Both the position numbers and the translations under genes were made by a program. A stretch of DNA of 64,000 nucleotides from a virus. Location of the stretch: IMG/VR virus record IMGVR_UViG_3300012919_000005, positions 11,529-75,528 of that record. The stretch is one strand, 5' to 3'. The notes beneath the pieces were generated by a model. The model did not search any database. It was not told the origin of the DNA and saw only the letters and a program-made list of their open reading frames with translations. How positions within the stretch are numbered: position 1 is the first letter of the stretch; every line of letters begins with the position of its first letter. Of this stretch, positions 1 to 10,156 are shown piece after piece.

Positions 1-343
1 TAATAGTTTGTGAGTTTCTTGCTTCTATATGTTTTAAAAATACTATACATAATTGTCTTTCTTTTATATTAAATTCTTTTAACATAGTTCCAAGTGCGGA
101 ATAATCTTTTCCTAAGTATGAACCACTCATTCCTTCCCATCTATCGGGAAGTAAATCATGTATTGTAAAAGCTTCTTGTACTTCTATTGGAAACTCACTT
201 CTATCTGGTGGCATTTTATCTGGGTCAGGCTCTTCTCCTAACTCCTCACATACTCTCAAATATGTGTCTATTGGTAGCATACCTTCTTTATAATGTCTAT
301 CCAATTTTGCAAGTATTTCTACTACTTGCTGTGAGAAAAATTT
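1..343 (-). CDS. Tail assembly chaperone C-terminal (GT-type) extension, read in the -1 frame; runs off the window edge
   Basis: Manually translated open frame KFFSQQVVEILAKLDRHYKEGMLPIDTYLRVCEELGEEPDPDKMPP...LPDRWEGMSGSYLGKDYS... with no stop to position 1; begins at a slippery heptamer. Confidence 0.7.
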
Positions 344-750
344 TCTAGGTCACCTACCACCTCCGTAACCCACATGTCGAAGTCAGACGCATTTTTCATA
401 AGTATTTCTGCATCTTCTTGACTATAATCTAACTCACCATTTAAATCTTTAACGTTAGCTAAATTAACTAAAAGCATTTTTTCTAAGTATTTGTACTTAA
501 GTCCTTTCCAACCTTTTATTACTGCTTTACAGTATTCGGTTAAAAATTTATCGTCGTCCATTTGCTCTTCAAATGCTCTAGTTTTTCTGTTGAACTTTTG
601 AGTAAGACATTTACTTCTTAATTTAAGTAACTCTTCTCTTGCTAAGTAACAGAGGTCAACAGTAAATCCTTCAAATTCAGGATAGTCTACTGTTACTGTT
701 TTACTTGGAGTTAATAAACTCGCTAGTGATACTTTTTTGTTTTCTTCCAT
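322..750 (-). CDS. Tail assembly chaperone (G-type)
   Basis: 142 aa directly downstream of the tail tube gene; ends in a slippery site; standard siphovirus synteny. Confidence 0.75.
   Translation of the reverse strand: MEENKKVSLASLLTPSKTVTVDYPEFEGFTVDLCYLAREELLKLRSKCLTQKFNRKTRAFEEQMDDDKFLTEYCKAVIKGWKGLKYKYLEKMLLVNLANVKDLNGELDYSQEDAEILMKNASDFDMWVTEVVGDLENFSHSK
337..343 (-). promoter_or_regulatory. Programmed -1 ribosomal frameshift heptamer A AAT TTT
   Basis: Minus strand GAA AAT TTT TCT fits X XXY YYZ four sense codons before the stop; the -1 frame is open for more than 110 codons. Confidence 0.7.
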
Positions 751-761
751 TTGTATTCCTT

Positions 762-790
762 AAAAAAGGGGAGGAGTTACCCTCCCCGGG
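762..790 (-). terminator. Rho-independent terminator after the major tail gene
   Basis: Minus strand GGGGAGG-gtaact-CCTCCCC-TTTTTT. Confidence 0.75.
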
Positions 791-800
791 TTAATTGGTA

Positions 801-1955
801 TTAACTACCTGTATAAGTAACTTTTGCTTCAAACTGATCAGCAGTTGTCGGATCTACTGAGGCTGGTAAAGCATGGAAACTTGTTTCTACTGAAATTATA
901 TCATCAATAGAATGAGCGGGTACTTCAAAGTGACATTTCGGTAAATCGATTTGTATCTTTGGAGCTGTTGTTCCACCTATTTTAAATACTGTATTAAAAC
1001 TATTAGTTACAACTGTATTAGCTTCAATTAAGTCTTCAAATAAGTCTGCACTTCCACCTGTCTCGTTATTTAAATAACAAGTAAAGTTTCCTGAAACACT
1101 TCTTGTTCCTGTAACATGTCCTAATGGTTGGTTAACGACTCCTAAAGTTTCTGGAGTTAAGTAAGTAATATTATTTTCCATTGTTATATTACCACCTGTT
1201 AACACTAAGTTATAAACACCATTAGATGATGCACCTGGGAATGTAGTTGTGTCTGCAGCTGTTACTGCTAGCTGAGTTAATCTATTTCTTATGAAATTAC
1301 CTGTTCCTGTTGTTCCTTCAGAAATTAATGTGCCAGAAGCTAGTGCACTTTCGTCAGTAATCATTGAAGCATTACCTGACCAAGTTGCAGTTGCTATACC
1401 ATCGATATCAAAATCAATAGATACAGAACTTACTACACAATTAGCTAGTTTGTAGAAGGTTTCCCCACTACCTTGGGTTGCACCCATTTCAAAGAACAAA
1501 TCAAAAGTTGCCAATGCTGGTACTTCTGAGTTTGTGAAATCAAAGACAACATTTGATGTTGAGTTGGTTACTGTATCACTCCATGAAGCTTCGGTTGCAC
1601 CATTAGTTTTAGTAAACGTTGCTGCTCCCATAAAGCAAGCCCATAAAGCTTCCTCTACTGCGTGATGGTGATTATCAGAACCTGAGCCTTCCCAACCATT
1701 AGTCGCTCCAGCTGTTGCTTGGAACGGTCTTAAATAAGTTTGGAAAGACCACTCAGCTGGTGCATATGAATCAGTAAACATTTGTCTACTTCTTCTGCTT
1801 TTACCGCTGCCGTCTGCCATTTCATTCAGAGTAATTTCACTTGTGTTTGTGCCTTGTGAAAAACTGAAGCCATCTAAAACAGGGATAAGCCACTTGGACG
1901 AATCCTTTATTAAATAAACTTCGGTATCTCGGCTAAAATAAAATTTATCTGCCAT
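801..1955 (-). CDS. Major tail tube protein (T5 pb6-like)
   Basis: 384 aa; IPVLDGFSFSQ, APAEWSF, SIDFDIDGIATATWSG, GTRSVSGNFTCYL motifs of T5-like tail tube proteins. Confidence 0.85.
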   Translation of the reverse strand: MADKFYFSRDTEVYLIKDSSKWLIPVLDGFSFSQGTNTSEITLNEMADGSGKSRRSRQMFTDSYAPAEWSFQTYLRPFQATAGATNGWEGSGSDNHHHAVEEALWACFMGAATFTKTNGATEASWSDTVTNSTSNVVFDFTNSEVPALATFDLFFEMGATQGSGETFYKLANCVVSSVSIDFDIDGIATATWSGNASMITDESALASGTLISEGTTGTGNFIRNRLTQLAVTAADTTTFPGASSNGVYNLVLTGGNITMENNITYLTPETLGVVNQPLGHVTGTRSVSGNFTCYLNNETGGSADLFEDLIEANTVVTNSFNTVFKIGGTTAPKIQIDLPKCHFEVPAHSIDDIISVETSFHALPASVDPTTADQFEAKVTYTGS

Positions 1956-2014
1956 TTTTATTCTCCTAATCTTGAAAAGAGCCTTGACAAATAATTACTT
2001 ATCGTGGCTGTTTT

Positions 2015-2479
2015 CTAATATTGAACCTCTATTTGTATTTCTCCTACTCCTAGAGGGTCTAAGACACCTTCATCGGTATCTACGCTTAGTATTGAAGTTT
2101 GCACAGTACTTTGTGCAACTCCATTTTTATCATAATATGTAAGAGGATCTTTTGCCTCTAAGACAGTTTCAATGTCTTCAAGTAAAGCATCTAATGCTCC
2201 TACACTATCTTCATTATCTTCTACATAACATCTTAATGTAATTGCAAGATAACGAAATTTAAATCCTCCTCCATCATATGAGCGGGTTTCTCTACCTGCA
2301 TTTATGTGGACGGAAGGAAATTCTGTTACTTCGTCCCAAAATTTTAGTCTTGGTTCTACTGTATGTAATGAGGATTGATAAGCACCTGTACCGTCAATAA
2401 GTTCTAATGCATCAACGAGTGCATTGACAATATTTTGTCTTCGTGTTGTATATTGTCTTGTACTAGTTTCTGTTGGCAT
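2015..2479 (-). CDS. Tail terminator protein (T5 p142-like)
   Basis: 154 aa; RLKFWDEVTEFPSV and DTDEGVLDPLGVGEI motifs; synteny. Confidence 0.75.
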   Translation of the reverse strand: MPTETSTRQYTTRRQNIVNALVDALELIDGTGAYQSSLHTVEPRLKFWDEVTEFPSVHINAGRETRSYDGGGFKFRYLAITLRCYVEDNEDSVGALDALLEDIETVLEAKDPLTYYDKNGVAQSTVQTSILSVDTDEGVLDPLGVGEIQIEVQY

Positions 2480-4062
2480 TAGCTAAATACTCTCCTTGTT
2501 GACGCAACTGGTTGACCTCCCATGTTTACTGCAACTATCTCTCTTATACTCATTCCTATTAAATGTCTTGGGTCTCTAAATTGATTTGCCCAGGGGGCTT
2601 TACCTGTACCCGGTTCAAATACTCCATAAGGTTTTTGTGGATATGAATAATCTATATACAATCCTCCTCTTGGCCCTACTATAACTTGTTCTACTTTTGA
2701 TTCTCTTCTTAGTCTACCTGATTGATTCTGTAATCTTGGACGAACCATATTCTTATCCATTGCTCTAGGTAATAATCTATTAATTAAATCTCTTATAAGC
2801 AAACCTTCCTTATCCATTCTAAATCCTGAATTTTGTAAATGCTCTCCTCTTTTATTTGGAGATACTTTACTTAAGGCAACTTTCTTAACTTTTGGTTTCT
2901 TAGTCGCTACTACTGTTTTAACAGCTTTATTACTTTTTGGTGTTACAAAACCTTCTTTCCCTTGTTTCTTTTCGTATCTTACTTTTTCTAACTGTTTTTT
3001 AAAACTTATTTTTGTTTTCTTTACTATACCTTGATTCATTCTACCTGAACTTCTTTGCATAGCTTTAACAGATCTTTCTATTTGTTCTATCCACTGATCT
3101 TCAGATATACCAGCTCCTTCATCATCAAAGTTGGGAGAGTCTGCTATATAATTAACTTTTTTTAATCCTGTTAAAGTACTTGCATAAGCAGTCATCTGTG
3201 TATTAAATTCTTCAGTGAATAAATCTAAAAATTCTTTACTGTCACTTTTATCGGGAGCACCAGTATTTCCTACTGATCTTCCTGGCATCATAACAATTCT
3301 TATTGTATGATTTCTTTGTATACTATTTTTTGTTTTTCTTCTATCTACTTTAGTACCATATTTATACTGAAAATAGTTTAGTATAAATCCTTTTTCCCAG
3401 CCTAGCCAATCTTCAGTACTTGCATTTCCAACTATACCAGCAATAATTGCATTATTTATATTATTACCTTCAGAGCCTGGTCTAGTTTGTGCTTGAACAC
3501 TAGTAGCTTGACTCATAGTAAATCCACTCAGTTGTTGCATTGCGCCTTGTTTCTGAAACTTTTGAACAAGTTTACCATGTTCAGCTGTAGAAATTCCTTT
3601 ATGCCATTTTTTTATAACATTCTTTTTTAAAGATCTTATTGCGTTTGCTGCCCATTTTTTATTTAGATTACCAGACTTTAAAGTTTGTCTTCTATTTACA
3701 CATGTAAAAGTATAACTTTTACCATTATCACTTACCCATCTACCTGCTCCATCTTTTTTAGTATACCAAGTAGGTCTTTTACCAAACTTCATCCAACCTT
3801 CTAAATGCTTTTTAAACGCTTTCCAAGATTTATCAGTTTCTGATTTACCATCTCCTTCCATATATGCTTTAAAAGCTAATGCTGTTTCATCGCCTGTGTC
3901 TTGGTCAAAATCTTTAATTTCTTGTATAATCTTCTGTTTTAAAGAGTCTAACCAATCTGATTTATTTATAGTAAAAGTTAAATACTGAATAGAAGAAGTA
4001 TCTCTTTCATTTTTTATTCTATGATACTCTTGTATTGCTTGCTTTCTTCTTGCTATGGACAT
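2479..4062 (-). CDS. Tail completion protein (T5 p143-like C-terminus) with a long basic N-terminal extension
   Basis: C-terminal LQNQSGRL...YSYPQKPYGVFE...RDPRHLIGMSIREI motif; lies between head completion and tail terminator genes. Confidence 0.6.
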   Translation of the reverse strand: MSIARRKQAIQEYHRIKNERDTSSIQYLTFTINKSDWLDSLKQKIIQEIKDFDQDTGDETALAFKAYMEGDGKSETDKSWKAFKKHLEGWMKFGKRPTWYTKKDGAGRWVSDNGKSYTFTCVNRRQTLKSGNLNKKWAANAIRSLKKNVIKKWHKGISTAEHGKLVQKFQKQGAMQQLSGFTMSQATSVQAQTRPGSEGNNINNAIIAGIVGNASTEDWLGWEKGFILNYFQYKYGTKVDRRKTKNSIQRNHTIRIVMMPGRSVGNTGAPDKSDSKEFLDLFTEEFNTQMTAYASTLTGLKKVNYIADSPNFDDEGAGISEDQWIEQIERSVKAMQRSSGRMNQGIVKKTKISFKKQLEKVRYEKKQGKEGFVTPKSNKAVKTVVATKKPKVKKVALSKVSPNKRGEHLQNSGFRMDKEGLLIRDLINRLLPRAMDKNMVRPRLQNQSGRLRRESKVEQVIVGPRGGLYIDYSYPQKPYGVFEPGTGKAPWANQFRDPRHLIGMSIREIVAVNMGGQPVASTRRVFS

Positions 4063-4649
4063 TACACTATTACTCTATACAAATCAAGCACTCTTTTAAT
4101 ATGGTCAGGAAAATCAGTATTATTTCTAACACTTGAGGAGCCTTGTGATTCTATTGTTGCTCCTTGCATTGTTCTTCTTGACTTATGCTCATCTCGTAAG
4201 TAGTATGTAATTAAATCCATTACGGCTAATTTAAGATCAGAAGGTACAGCTGAGTAGCCAGATCGATATGCTATTTGTACGGCTCCAAAACCTTTCTGAT
4301 AGTTTTTTGTACCATTACCAACAATTCTTCTTACTGCGTCAAATGTATTATCAACATAGTAATCTTGATTCGCTGTTAAAGTAGTATAACTCTCAGTTGG
4401 GCTGCCGCGTTCTTTAACAGATGTCACGCTAATCAGTGGACTTTCACTTACTATTATAACTGAAGTGTCCTCTGTAACATTGAATGTCTCTGTTTTATCA
4501 GAACTGAAAAAATCAACAAAACTTGTTCCACAATATCTCTTTACTAATTCGGAGATTTGAGGAACTAAAATATTAAGGCGATCGTCGTCCTTAGCACCAG
4601 TTAGCCCTTCTGCGTCTTTATAATCTTGTACTGTTACTAAGTCTGCCAT
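4062..4649 (-). CDS. Head completion / head-tail adaptor (T5 p144-like)
   Basis: 195 aa; YRSGYSAVPSDLKLA and FPDHIKRVLDLYR motifs; directly downstream of the capsid gene. Confidence 0.75.
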   Translation of the reverse strand: MADLVTVQDYKDAEGLTGAKDDDRLNILVPQISELVKRYCGTSFVDFFSSDKTETFNVTEDTSVIIVSESPLISVTSVKERGSPTESYTTLTANQDYYVDNTFDAVRRIVGNGTKNYQKGFGAVQIAYRSGYSAVPSDLKLAVMDLITYYLRDEHKSRRTMQGATIESQGSSSVRNNTDFPDHIKRVLDLYRVIV

Positions 4650-4698
4650 AATTCAAGTGTGGGTTTTAAGGTAAACCCACAAAACCATAATTAAGCTA

Positions 4699-6735
4699 TT
4701 AACTAGCTTTGTAGTTTCTGATAACAACTGCGTCAGAACCGCCGATGATGTCATCAAATCCAAGTCTTTGTGAAGCCACAAGTACTCTTCTCTGATTAGC
4801 TACATCGTAGTCTGATTCAATTGTAACGCCTCTTAATCTAGGCATAACGAAGTTTCTAGCATATAAAGCTACAGCGTGAGTCTTATTAGCTGCTCTTGCT
4901 GCGAATTCATCACAGATTAATACTCTAGATCCGAAGACCTGACCAATCTCACCAGATAGCTTAGTTGCCATATCGCCAACGAGGTTAGCGTCTTGGAACT
5001 CAGCATCTTCTAGCAAGTTGTAGTATGCTTCTTGTGATACAATATATACGACTTCATTTGGATTTACACCATATTTGCCCATTGATTTTCTCATTTCTAA
5101 TAACTCTGTTGCAGTAAGTTTATCAGCTGCGAAAGCTTCTGAACCTACGAGTACATTTGAAGCATCAGTAGCTTTGTGAACTAGTCCATCAAAAATACCT
5201 GATGTGTATGTACCTTGTGCATTGTTACCAAATAAGATAGCATTTTCCATACCTCTTGCATGAGCTCTAACCATTGATTCTCTGATTAATGGTAGAATTG
5301 GCATAATCGCGTCTTCTTCTGTTTCATTACCAATAAATGATTTTGAAATCAATTTCTTAACAGTTAATGTTTTTTCTGTTAAGTCGATACCGCCTCTATC
5401 ACCAGTAGTTACATAAGAGTCGCCTCTTTCTGATAAGTTACCGTGTGGGCTTGCACCGTCGCCTGTACCAGCAGCTGATACGAATTCAGCGTATCCTGCA
5501 TCTGGTAAGATTGGCATAATCATTGAAGCACTAGTCATTGCAACTTCTCTAAATAGAGGAGCTAAGACTAATTCATTTTGAATGTCTCTTTCAACATTAG
5601 TTGAAACAACTTGTTCGAAGTCTGCAGATGATACTGCAACACTTGAGTCAGCGTTTACTTTTTCTATGATACCTTGACCATATTTTGTGCTTTCAATTGA
5701 TTTCTGTCCAGTAATAACTGAAAGAACTTTTGCGTCCATGATTTCCTCTTTATGAGTTTCTTTCCAGTTAGAGTTTGTACCTCTATCTGAGAAGATTCGC
5801 TTGGACTCTCTCATCTTCATGATTTCATCTGATTTCTCAGTTAAATCTTTTTGTAGTTCTGAAACTACTGATGAAAGCTCTTCATTCTTTTCTAACAGTC
5901 TTGACTCGACATCATTTACTAATTTCTCGGCACCGGATAATCCAGCTTCGATTATAGTTTTCTGTTCGTCCTGTTTTGCCTCTTGAACAGCCTTTGCTTC
6001 AGCCTCGACATCAGCAGCTTTTTGAAGTTCTGCGTCGTCTTTAGCTTTTTGCTCTGCTTGTTGCATAGCAATAGTAGTTGCAGTTTTCTTAGCAACTTCT
6101 TCAGCAAATGCCTTCAGATCAAATTCTGGACTCTGAGTGTCATTTGACATATCTTTCTCCATATTATCCGCATTTGCGGCACTTGGCTGCTCAGTTTTGT
6201 CAGTAATAACTGACTCCACAGAGTGAGCCTTGTTAAAATGCTGTTTAAACTCTTGATACTCATCATCGCTGTCAAATGACTTTGATATTGAGAAAGTAGC
6301 AGTTTGATTAGCTGGTATGCTAACCACTGATACTTCAAGAAGTTCAGCACTTTTTATAAAAAATCCGTCAGTTTCTTTATTGTATTCAGCGTCCTTGACC
6401 TTGAAACCAACGGAAAAGGCTCCAAGGACACCGTCTTTAATTAGGTCTACTACATCTCCAGCAGACTTTGAAATTTTTGCTTCTATTTCAAGGCCGTTTT
6501 GAGTAACATCGCAATATTTTGCTCTACCAATCGGTCTATCATAGTTGTGATTAAAAAGAATAATTGGGTTATCCCCATAATTATCTAAACCACCTTGTTT
6601 CCATGCATTGTGATCAATTACATCTCCGGTTCTATCTAGTGCACTAGTACTAGCTAGACCTTTAATATTAATTGAACCATCTTCAGCAACATCAGATTTC
6701 TGAAAAGTGTTAGTCATGTGAAATATCTTTTTCAT
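4699..6735 (-). CDS. Fused HK97-type prohead protease + delta/scaffold domain + major capsid protein
   Basis: N-terminal protease motifs (ILFNHNYDRPIG, AFSVGF, LLEVSVVSIPAN), a coiled-coil middle and an HK97-fold capsid C-terminus (ETEEDAIMPILPLIRESM, RVLVASQRLGF). Confidence 0.88.
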   Translation of the reverse strand: MKKIFHMTNTFQKSDVAEDGSINIKGLASTSALDRTGDVIDHNAWKQGGLDNYGDNPIILFNHNYDRPIGRAKYCDVTQNGLEIEAKISKSAGDVVDLIKDGVLGAFSVGFKVKDAEYNKETDGFFIKSAELLEVSVVSIPANQTATFSISKSFDSDDEYQEFKQHFNKAHSVESVITDKTEQPSAANADNMEKDMSNDTQSPEFDLKAFAEEVAKKTATTIAMQQAEQKAKDDAELQKAADVEAEAKAVQEAKQDEQKTIIEAGLSGAEKLVNDVESRLLEKNEELSSVVSELQKDLTEKSDEIMKMRESKRIFSDRGTNSNWKETHKEEIMDAKVLSVITGQKSIESTKYGQGIIEKVNADSSVAVSSADFEQVVSTNVERDIQNELVLAPLFREVAMTSASMIMPILPDAGYAEFVSAAGTGDGASPHGNLSERGDSYVTTGDRGGIDLTEKTLTVKKLISKSFIGNETEEDAIMPILPLIRESMVRAHARGMENAILFGNNAQGTYTSGIFDGLVHKATDASNVLVGSEAFAADKLTATELLEMRKSMGKYGVNPNEVVYIVSQEAYYNLLEDAEFQDANLVGDMATKLSGEIGQVFGSRVLICDEFAARAANKTHAVALYARNFVMPRLRGVTIESDYDVANQRRVLVASQRLGFDDIIGGSDAVVIRNYKAS

Positions 6736-6736
6736 A

Positions 6737-7024
6737 TTACGTCTCCTTTACTTCTTTCTTTGCTACTGGTTTAGCTTTTACTTTAGGTGCAGGCTTGTGC
6801 ATTTCTTCCCATTTCTCTGGAAAGTTAGACTTAATAAGTTGTGTAAGTCTTGACCAGCTGCCCCATGCTCTTTTTATAAGTATATAATTATAAGGTTTGT
6901 CGGAAGCTGCTTTGTATTCTACAATACTTAACATTTTGCCTTTTGATACCATATAATCAGCTACTTTTTCTAGTATTGCTTTTCTATTCATCGTTTTCCT
7001 CTGTTTGCTCAGGCGGTCTTCCAC
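6737..7024 (-). CDS. Hypothetical protein (likely start at 6991, MNRKAIL)
   Basis: ORF between portal and protease, closely coupled to both. Confidence 0.55.
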   Translation of the reverse strand: MEDRLSKQRKTMNRKAILEKVADYMVSKGKMLSIVEYKAASDKPYNYILIKRAWGSWSRLTQLIKSNFPEKWEEMHKPAPKVKAKPVAKKEVKET

Positions 7025-8198
7025 CTTCTTCGGGATTTGCTGCTGAACCTGCTATATTTGCAGGTACACGAGGTTCATCGAATCCCTCCATTCTTTCTAA
7101 TCTTAATGCGTCCCTAGCCTCGTTAGGTGACATTATTCCTGTGTTCACAAGAGTTGCATAGTAGCCTGCTTGATCTCTTAGCTCTGGCTGTAAAGCAGGT
7201 ATTCCTGATACATTTTCATTTGCTTCGAAACCGAAGTATCGTTCTAATGCATACTTAATTTTTCTAACTATAGGTAGTATTGTTTCTAAGTAATACAATC
7301 TATGATTAGGTCTTATGTTTGCATTGTTGCCACTATTTAAAAGGATAGGCGGTATGCCTAATGCTTCTAAAATTACTCTCTCACATTGTGTGATAGAGTC
7401 TTGAAAGTCCAACTCTTTAAAGTTTACATTTGTTAGTTTATCAACTTCCAAACCTCCATCTAAAATAAGTGGTCTTCTTCCACCGGAAACAGGATTATAT
7501 CTAGCTGTCCATGCTTGTAACATTCTCTCTTTAATTTTCTCAGAAAGAGTGTTAGGACTTTTTAGTACTAATCCTGGCACTGCTCCATTTTTAAAGAAGT
7601 TATCCTGAAAGTGTCTTAAGTTAGAAAGTAGATTCATTGTTCTAAATGCAGGCTTAAGTCTAGGTACTCCCCTGTAAATGGAGTGAAAACTGTTTTCTTT
7701 TATGTGTATGATTTCGTTTACCTGATAATCGATAGAGGAATCAAACTCATACTTTTCTACATATAGTTTATCATCAGTATGAATTCTTACCTTTTCGGCT
7801 GGTAAGTGATATAGATGCATTCCATCAAAGTATATAAATATATTACCATCTAGTAATAAATCTATAATAAGATTTCTTTTAAATGTACTAACATCTTGAA
7901 ATGGATTAGGTTCGTAGTTTAGTATTAAATCTACTCGTGATTGTCTTATGTTCTTGATTATGGGCGTCATGCCAACTATTTTGCCATCAAACTCAAAAGG
8001 AATTTCAGCAACGTCATCAACTATCATGTTTACGCCACGATTTACTACTTCTAGTTTTTCATAAGCGTCTCGATAATTTTGAACTCTTTCACGAGATGCG
8101 ATTTCTAATCCCTCATCTCTGGCGATAATATACTGCGCAGGATTGTGCTTTTCCTCTACGCTTTTATTTCCGCCTGTTATAAAATCATACCATGCCAT
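6984..8198 (-). CDS. Portal protein (HK97 family, T5 pb7-like)
   Basis: DLLLDGNIFIY, IIHIK, FFKNGAVPG, ALGIPPILL, GIMSPNEAR motifs. Confidence 0.92.
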   Translation of the reverse strand: MAWYDFITGGNKSVEEKHNPAQYIIARDEGLEIASRERVQNYRDAYEKLEVVNRGVNMIVDDVAEIPFEFDGKIVGMTPIIKNIRQSRVDLILNYEPNPFQDVSTFKRNLIIDLLLDGNIFIYFDGMHLYHLPAEKVRIHTDDKLYVEKYEFDSSIDYQVNEIIHIKENSFHSIYRGVPRLKPAFRTMNLLSNLRHFQDNFFKNGAVPGLVLKSPNTLSEKIKERMLQAWTARYNPVSGGRRPLILDGGLEVDKLTNVNFKELDFQDSITQCERVILEALGIPPILLNSGNNANIRPNHRLYYLETILPIVRKIKYALERYFGFEANENVSGIPALQPELRDQAGYYATLVNTGIMSPNEARDALRLERMEGFDEPRVPANIAGSAANPEEGGRPPEQTEENDE

Positions 8199-8556
8199 AT
8201 TTATTCCTTTGAATCTCTACCCATTTTTCTTGCTTTTGTGCTGTTATCAATTTTGGTTTCTTTCCATAAATCGAATGTAGTTTCAAATGATGTTTATGGC
8301 ATATGGTAACAGCTTTGTTATAAATTTTATCGAAGTATTCTTCAATAAACTTCTCTCGAACTTCGAGAATTTGTTCTTCTGTTGTTATTTCCAGATTATG
8401 CTTTGTCATATACTCTTCAAACAACTCTGTCAATGAGTAAAAATGATGAAAGTCTAATCTAGTCTGAGAACCGCAGATGTAACATTTATCTGTTTTCTCG
8501 TACTTGGATTTTGCTTTATCCCTTATGTATTTTATTAGGTCTCTTTTTAATTCCAC
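8185..8556 (-). CDS. HNH nicking endonuclease (T5-like, packaging-associated)
   Basis: CYICG...LDFHH...CHKHHLKLH motif; between TerL and portal as in T5. Confidence 0.8.
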   Translation of the reverse strand: MELKRDLIKYIRDKAKSKYEKTDKCYICGSQTRLDFHHFYSLTELFEEYMTKHNLEITTEEQILEVREKFIEEYFDKIYNKAVTICHKHHLKLHSIYGKKPKLITAQKQEKWVEIQRNKYGMV

Positions 8557-8568
8557 TTTATATTATCA

Positions 8569-8597
8569 ATTATATCTATTTTTTAACCAAAAGTCAA
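8569..8597 (-). promoter_or_regulatory. Sigma70-type promoter
   Basis: TTGACT-17-TATAAT upstream of the HNH/portal genes. Confidence 0.75.
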
Positions 8598-8614
8598 GAG
8601 TTATTTTTGACATG

Positions 8615-9916
8615 CTAAAAAGTAGTCGCAGTCGTTTCAAAAGAATATAGAGCATACCTTATTGCATCGGCCATGTGAGACGCAGCATTGTGCTTAGGTT
8701 TCTCTTTCAGCAAATTAGGATTTGGATCCCACTGATACTGGTCAAGACACATTAACGCTTCGTTACATCTCTGGTCAACTAATAATAAGTCATTGTCTAC
8801 TACTGTTGCCACTTTACCAATTCCATCTAGTACTGACTTTTTCGCATTAATAGTAGTAATGTCATAATTCTGTGCAAAATCAAATCTAGTCTGTTGAGCT
8901 GCAGAATCAATATAAATATAGTCAATATCCCACTTTTGTATTAACTGTCGTATTTGCACTGCATGTTGTTCGGTAGTTCTTTCTGCATCTAAGTATTCAT
9001 CAACTAAGTAATACTTTTGTTCGTCCCAATCATATGCTATTACACAAAATGCTGTGGGGTCTTTATAACCGACATCAAGCCCTGCAAATACGTCCATTTT
9101 ACTAGTGTCAAAAGCAGATAGGTCTGCTACACAATCCTCATGGTTAAAGGCCCAGACTTGTCCTTCATAAATATTAAAGTCTGCTTCATACTCTTGGCTA
9201 AACTCAGCTTCTGACATGCTGATTTTTGCTTCTTTAATGTCTTGTTCTGATAGTCTTGGATTCTCGTGATAAGTTGCTCTAAGTGATGCCCATTCTGGGT
9301 ATTCTTCACTAAAGCCTCTGTAATAAAAATCTGCAAACCAATTGTTTCTTCCACGAGGAGTTGATATAAATAATGCTTTTGAATTTGCTTTGTCTAGTGT
9401 AGGACGAAGAGCTACATTAAAGGCATCTTTACCATTTACTAATGCTGCTTCGTCAAAAATAATTAAGTCGTAACTTCTACCGACCACTGAGTCAACTTGA
9501 TTTACAGATCCCATTCTAACTGTTGACCCATTAGAAAGTTCAATAACTTTGTCTTTTGCATTATCCTTAACAACCTCTAAAGCGAAGTGTTTGATTAGAT
9601 TTCTTTGTAAATCAAAAGAAATTTGGGATAATGAATAGTTAGGTGACATTAATAATATATGAGAGCCAGGTACTAAAGAAACTAACTGGCCAATAATATT
9701 AGCAATATATGTTTTACCTTGTCTACGAGAAACTGCCGCACATACAAATCTATATTTAGGATTATTAAGTGCATTTATGATAGCAGTTTGTGAAGAATTT
9801 GGTGTAATTCCTAGTAAGTCCATATAGCCTTCAATAGGTAGCTTGATAAATCTATCCTGTTCTTGAAAGTCCATCAAGTACTCTTTTACTATATCTTCTC
9901 TACTTAGTGTTAACAT
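8615..9916 (-). CDS. terL: Terminase large subunit
   Basis: Walker A SRRQGKT, Walker B IIFDEAA, ISTPRG coupling motif, RNase H-like GLDVG and HMADAIRY. Confidence 0.95.
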   Translation of the reverse strand: MLTLSREDIVKEYLMDFQEQDRFIKLPIEGYMDLLGITPNSSQTAIINALNNPKYRFVCAAVSRRQGKTYIANIIGQLVSLVPGSHILLMSPNYSLSQISFDLQRNLIKHFALEVVKDNAKDKVIELSNGSTVRMGSVNQVDSVVGRSYDLIIFDEAALVNGKDAFNVALRPTLDKANSKALFISTPRGRNNWFADFYYRGFSEEYPEWASLRATYHENPRLSEQDIKEAKISMSEAEFSQEYEADFNIYEGQVWAFNHEDCVADLSAFDTSKMDVFAGLDVGYKDPTAFCVIAYDWDEQKYYLVDEYLDAERTTEQHAVQIRQLIQKWDIDYIYIDSAAQQTRFDFAQNYDITTINAKKSVLDGIGKVATVVDNDLLLVDQRCNEALMCLDQYQWDPNPNLLKEKPKHNAASHMADAIRYALYSFETTATTF

Positions 9917-10155
9917 TAGTGAAGAATCTCGTCTTTAAAAAAGTTATCCTCATCTCCAGGTTTCAGTAATCCTTCTTCCTGGACTTTATGATATAGATAG
10001 CAGTACGCTGCAGCAATCTGTTTCATGCTTACTTCTCTAGGCGTAAGTTCTCTTCTTTCTTCTGTGCCTTCCATTCTTACTAATGTTTTAGTACTACTTA
10101 GTAGACATTCTTGAAGCCAGAGTTTTCTGCCATCTATCATATATTTTCTTGCCAT
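9916..10155 (-). CDS. Hypothetical protein (MARKYMIDGRK...)
   Basis: Likely start at ATG 10155, right after the stop of the upstream ORF; stop overlaps the TerL start. Confidence 0.55.
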   Translation of the reverse strand: MARKYMIDGRKLWLQECLLSSTKTLVRMEGTEERRELTPREVSMKQIAAAYCYLYHKVQEEGLLKPGDEDNFFKDEILH

Positions 10156-10156
10156 A

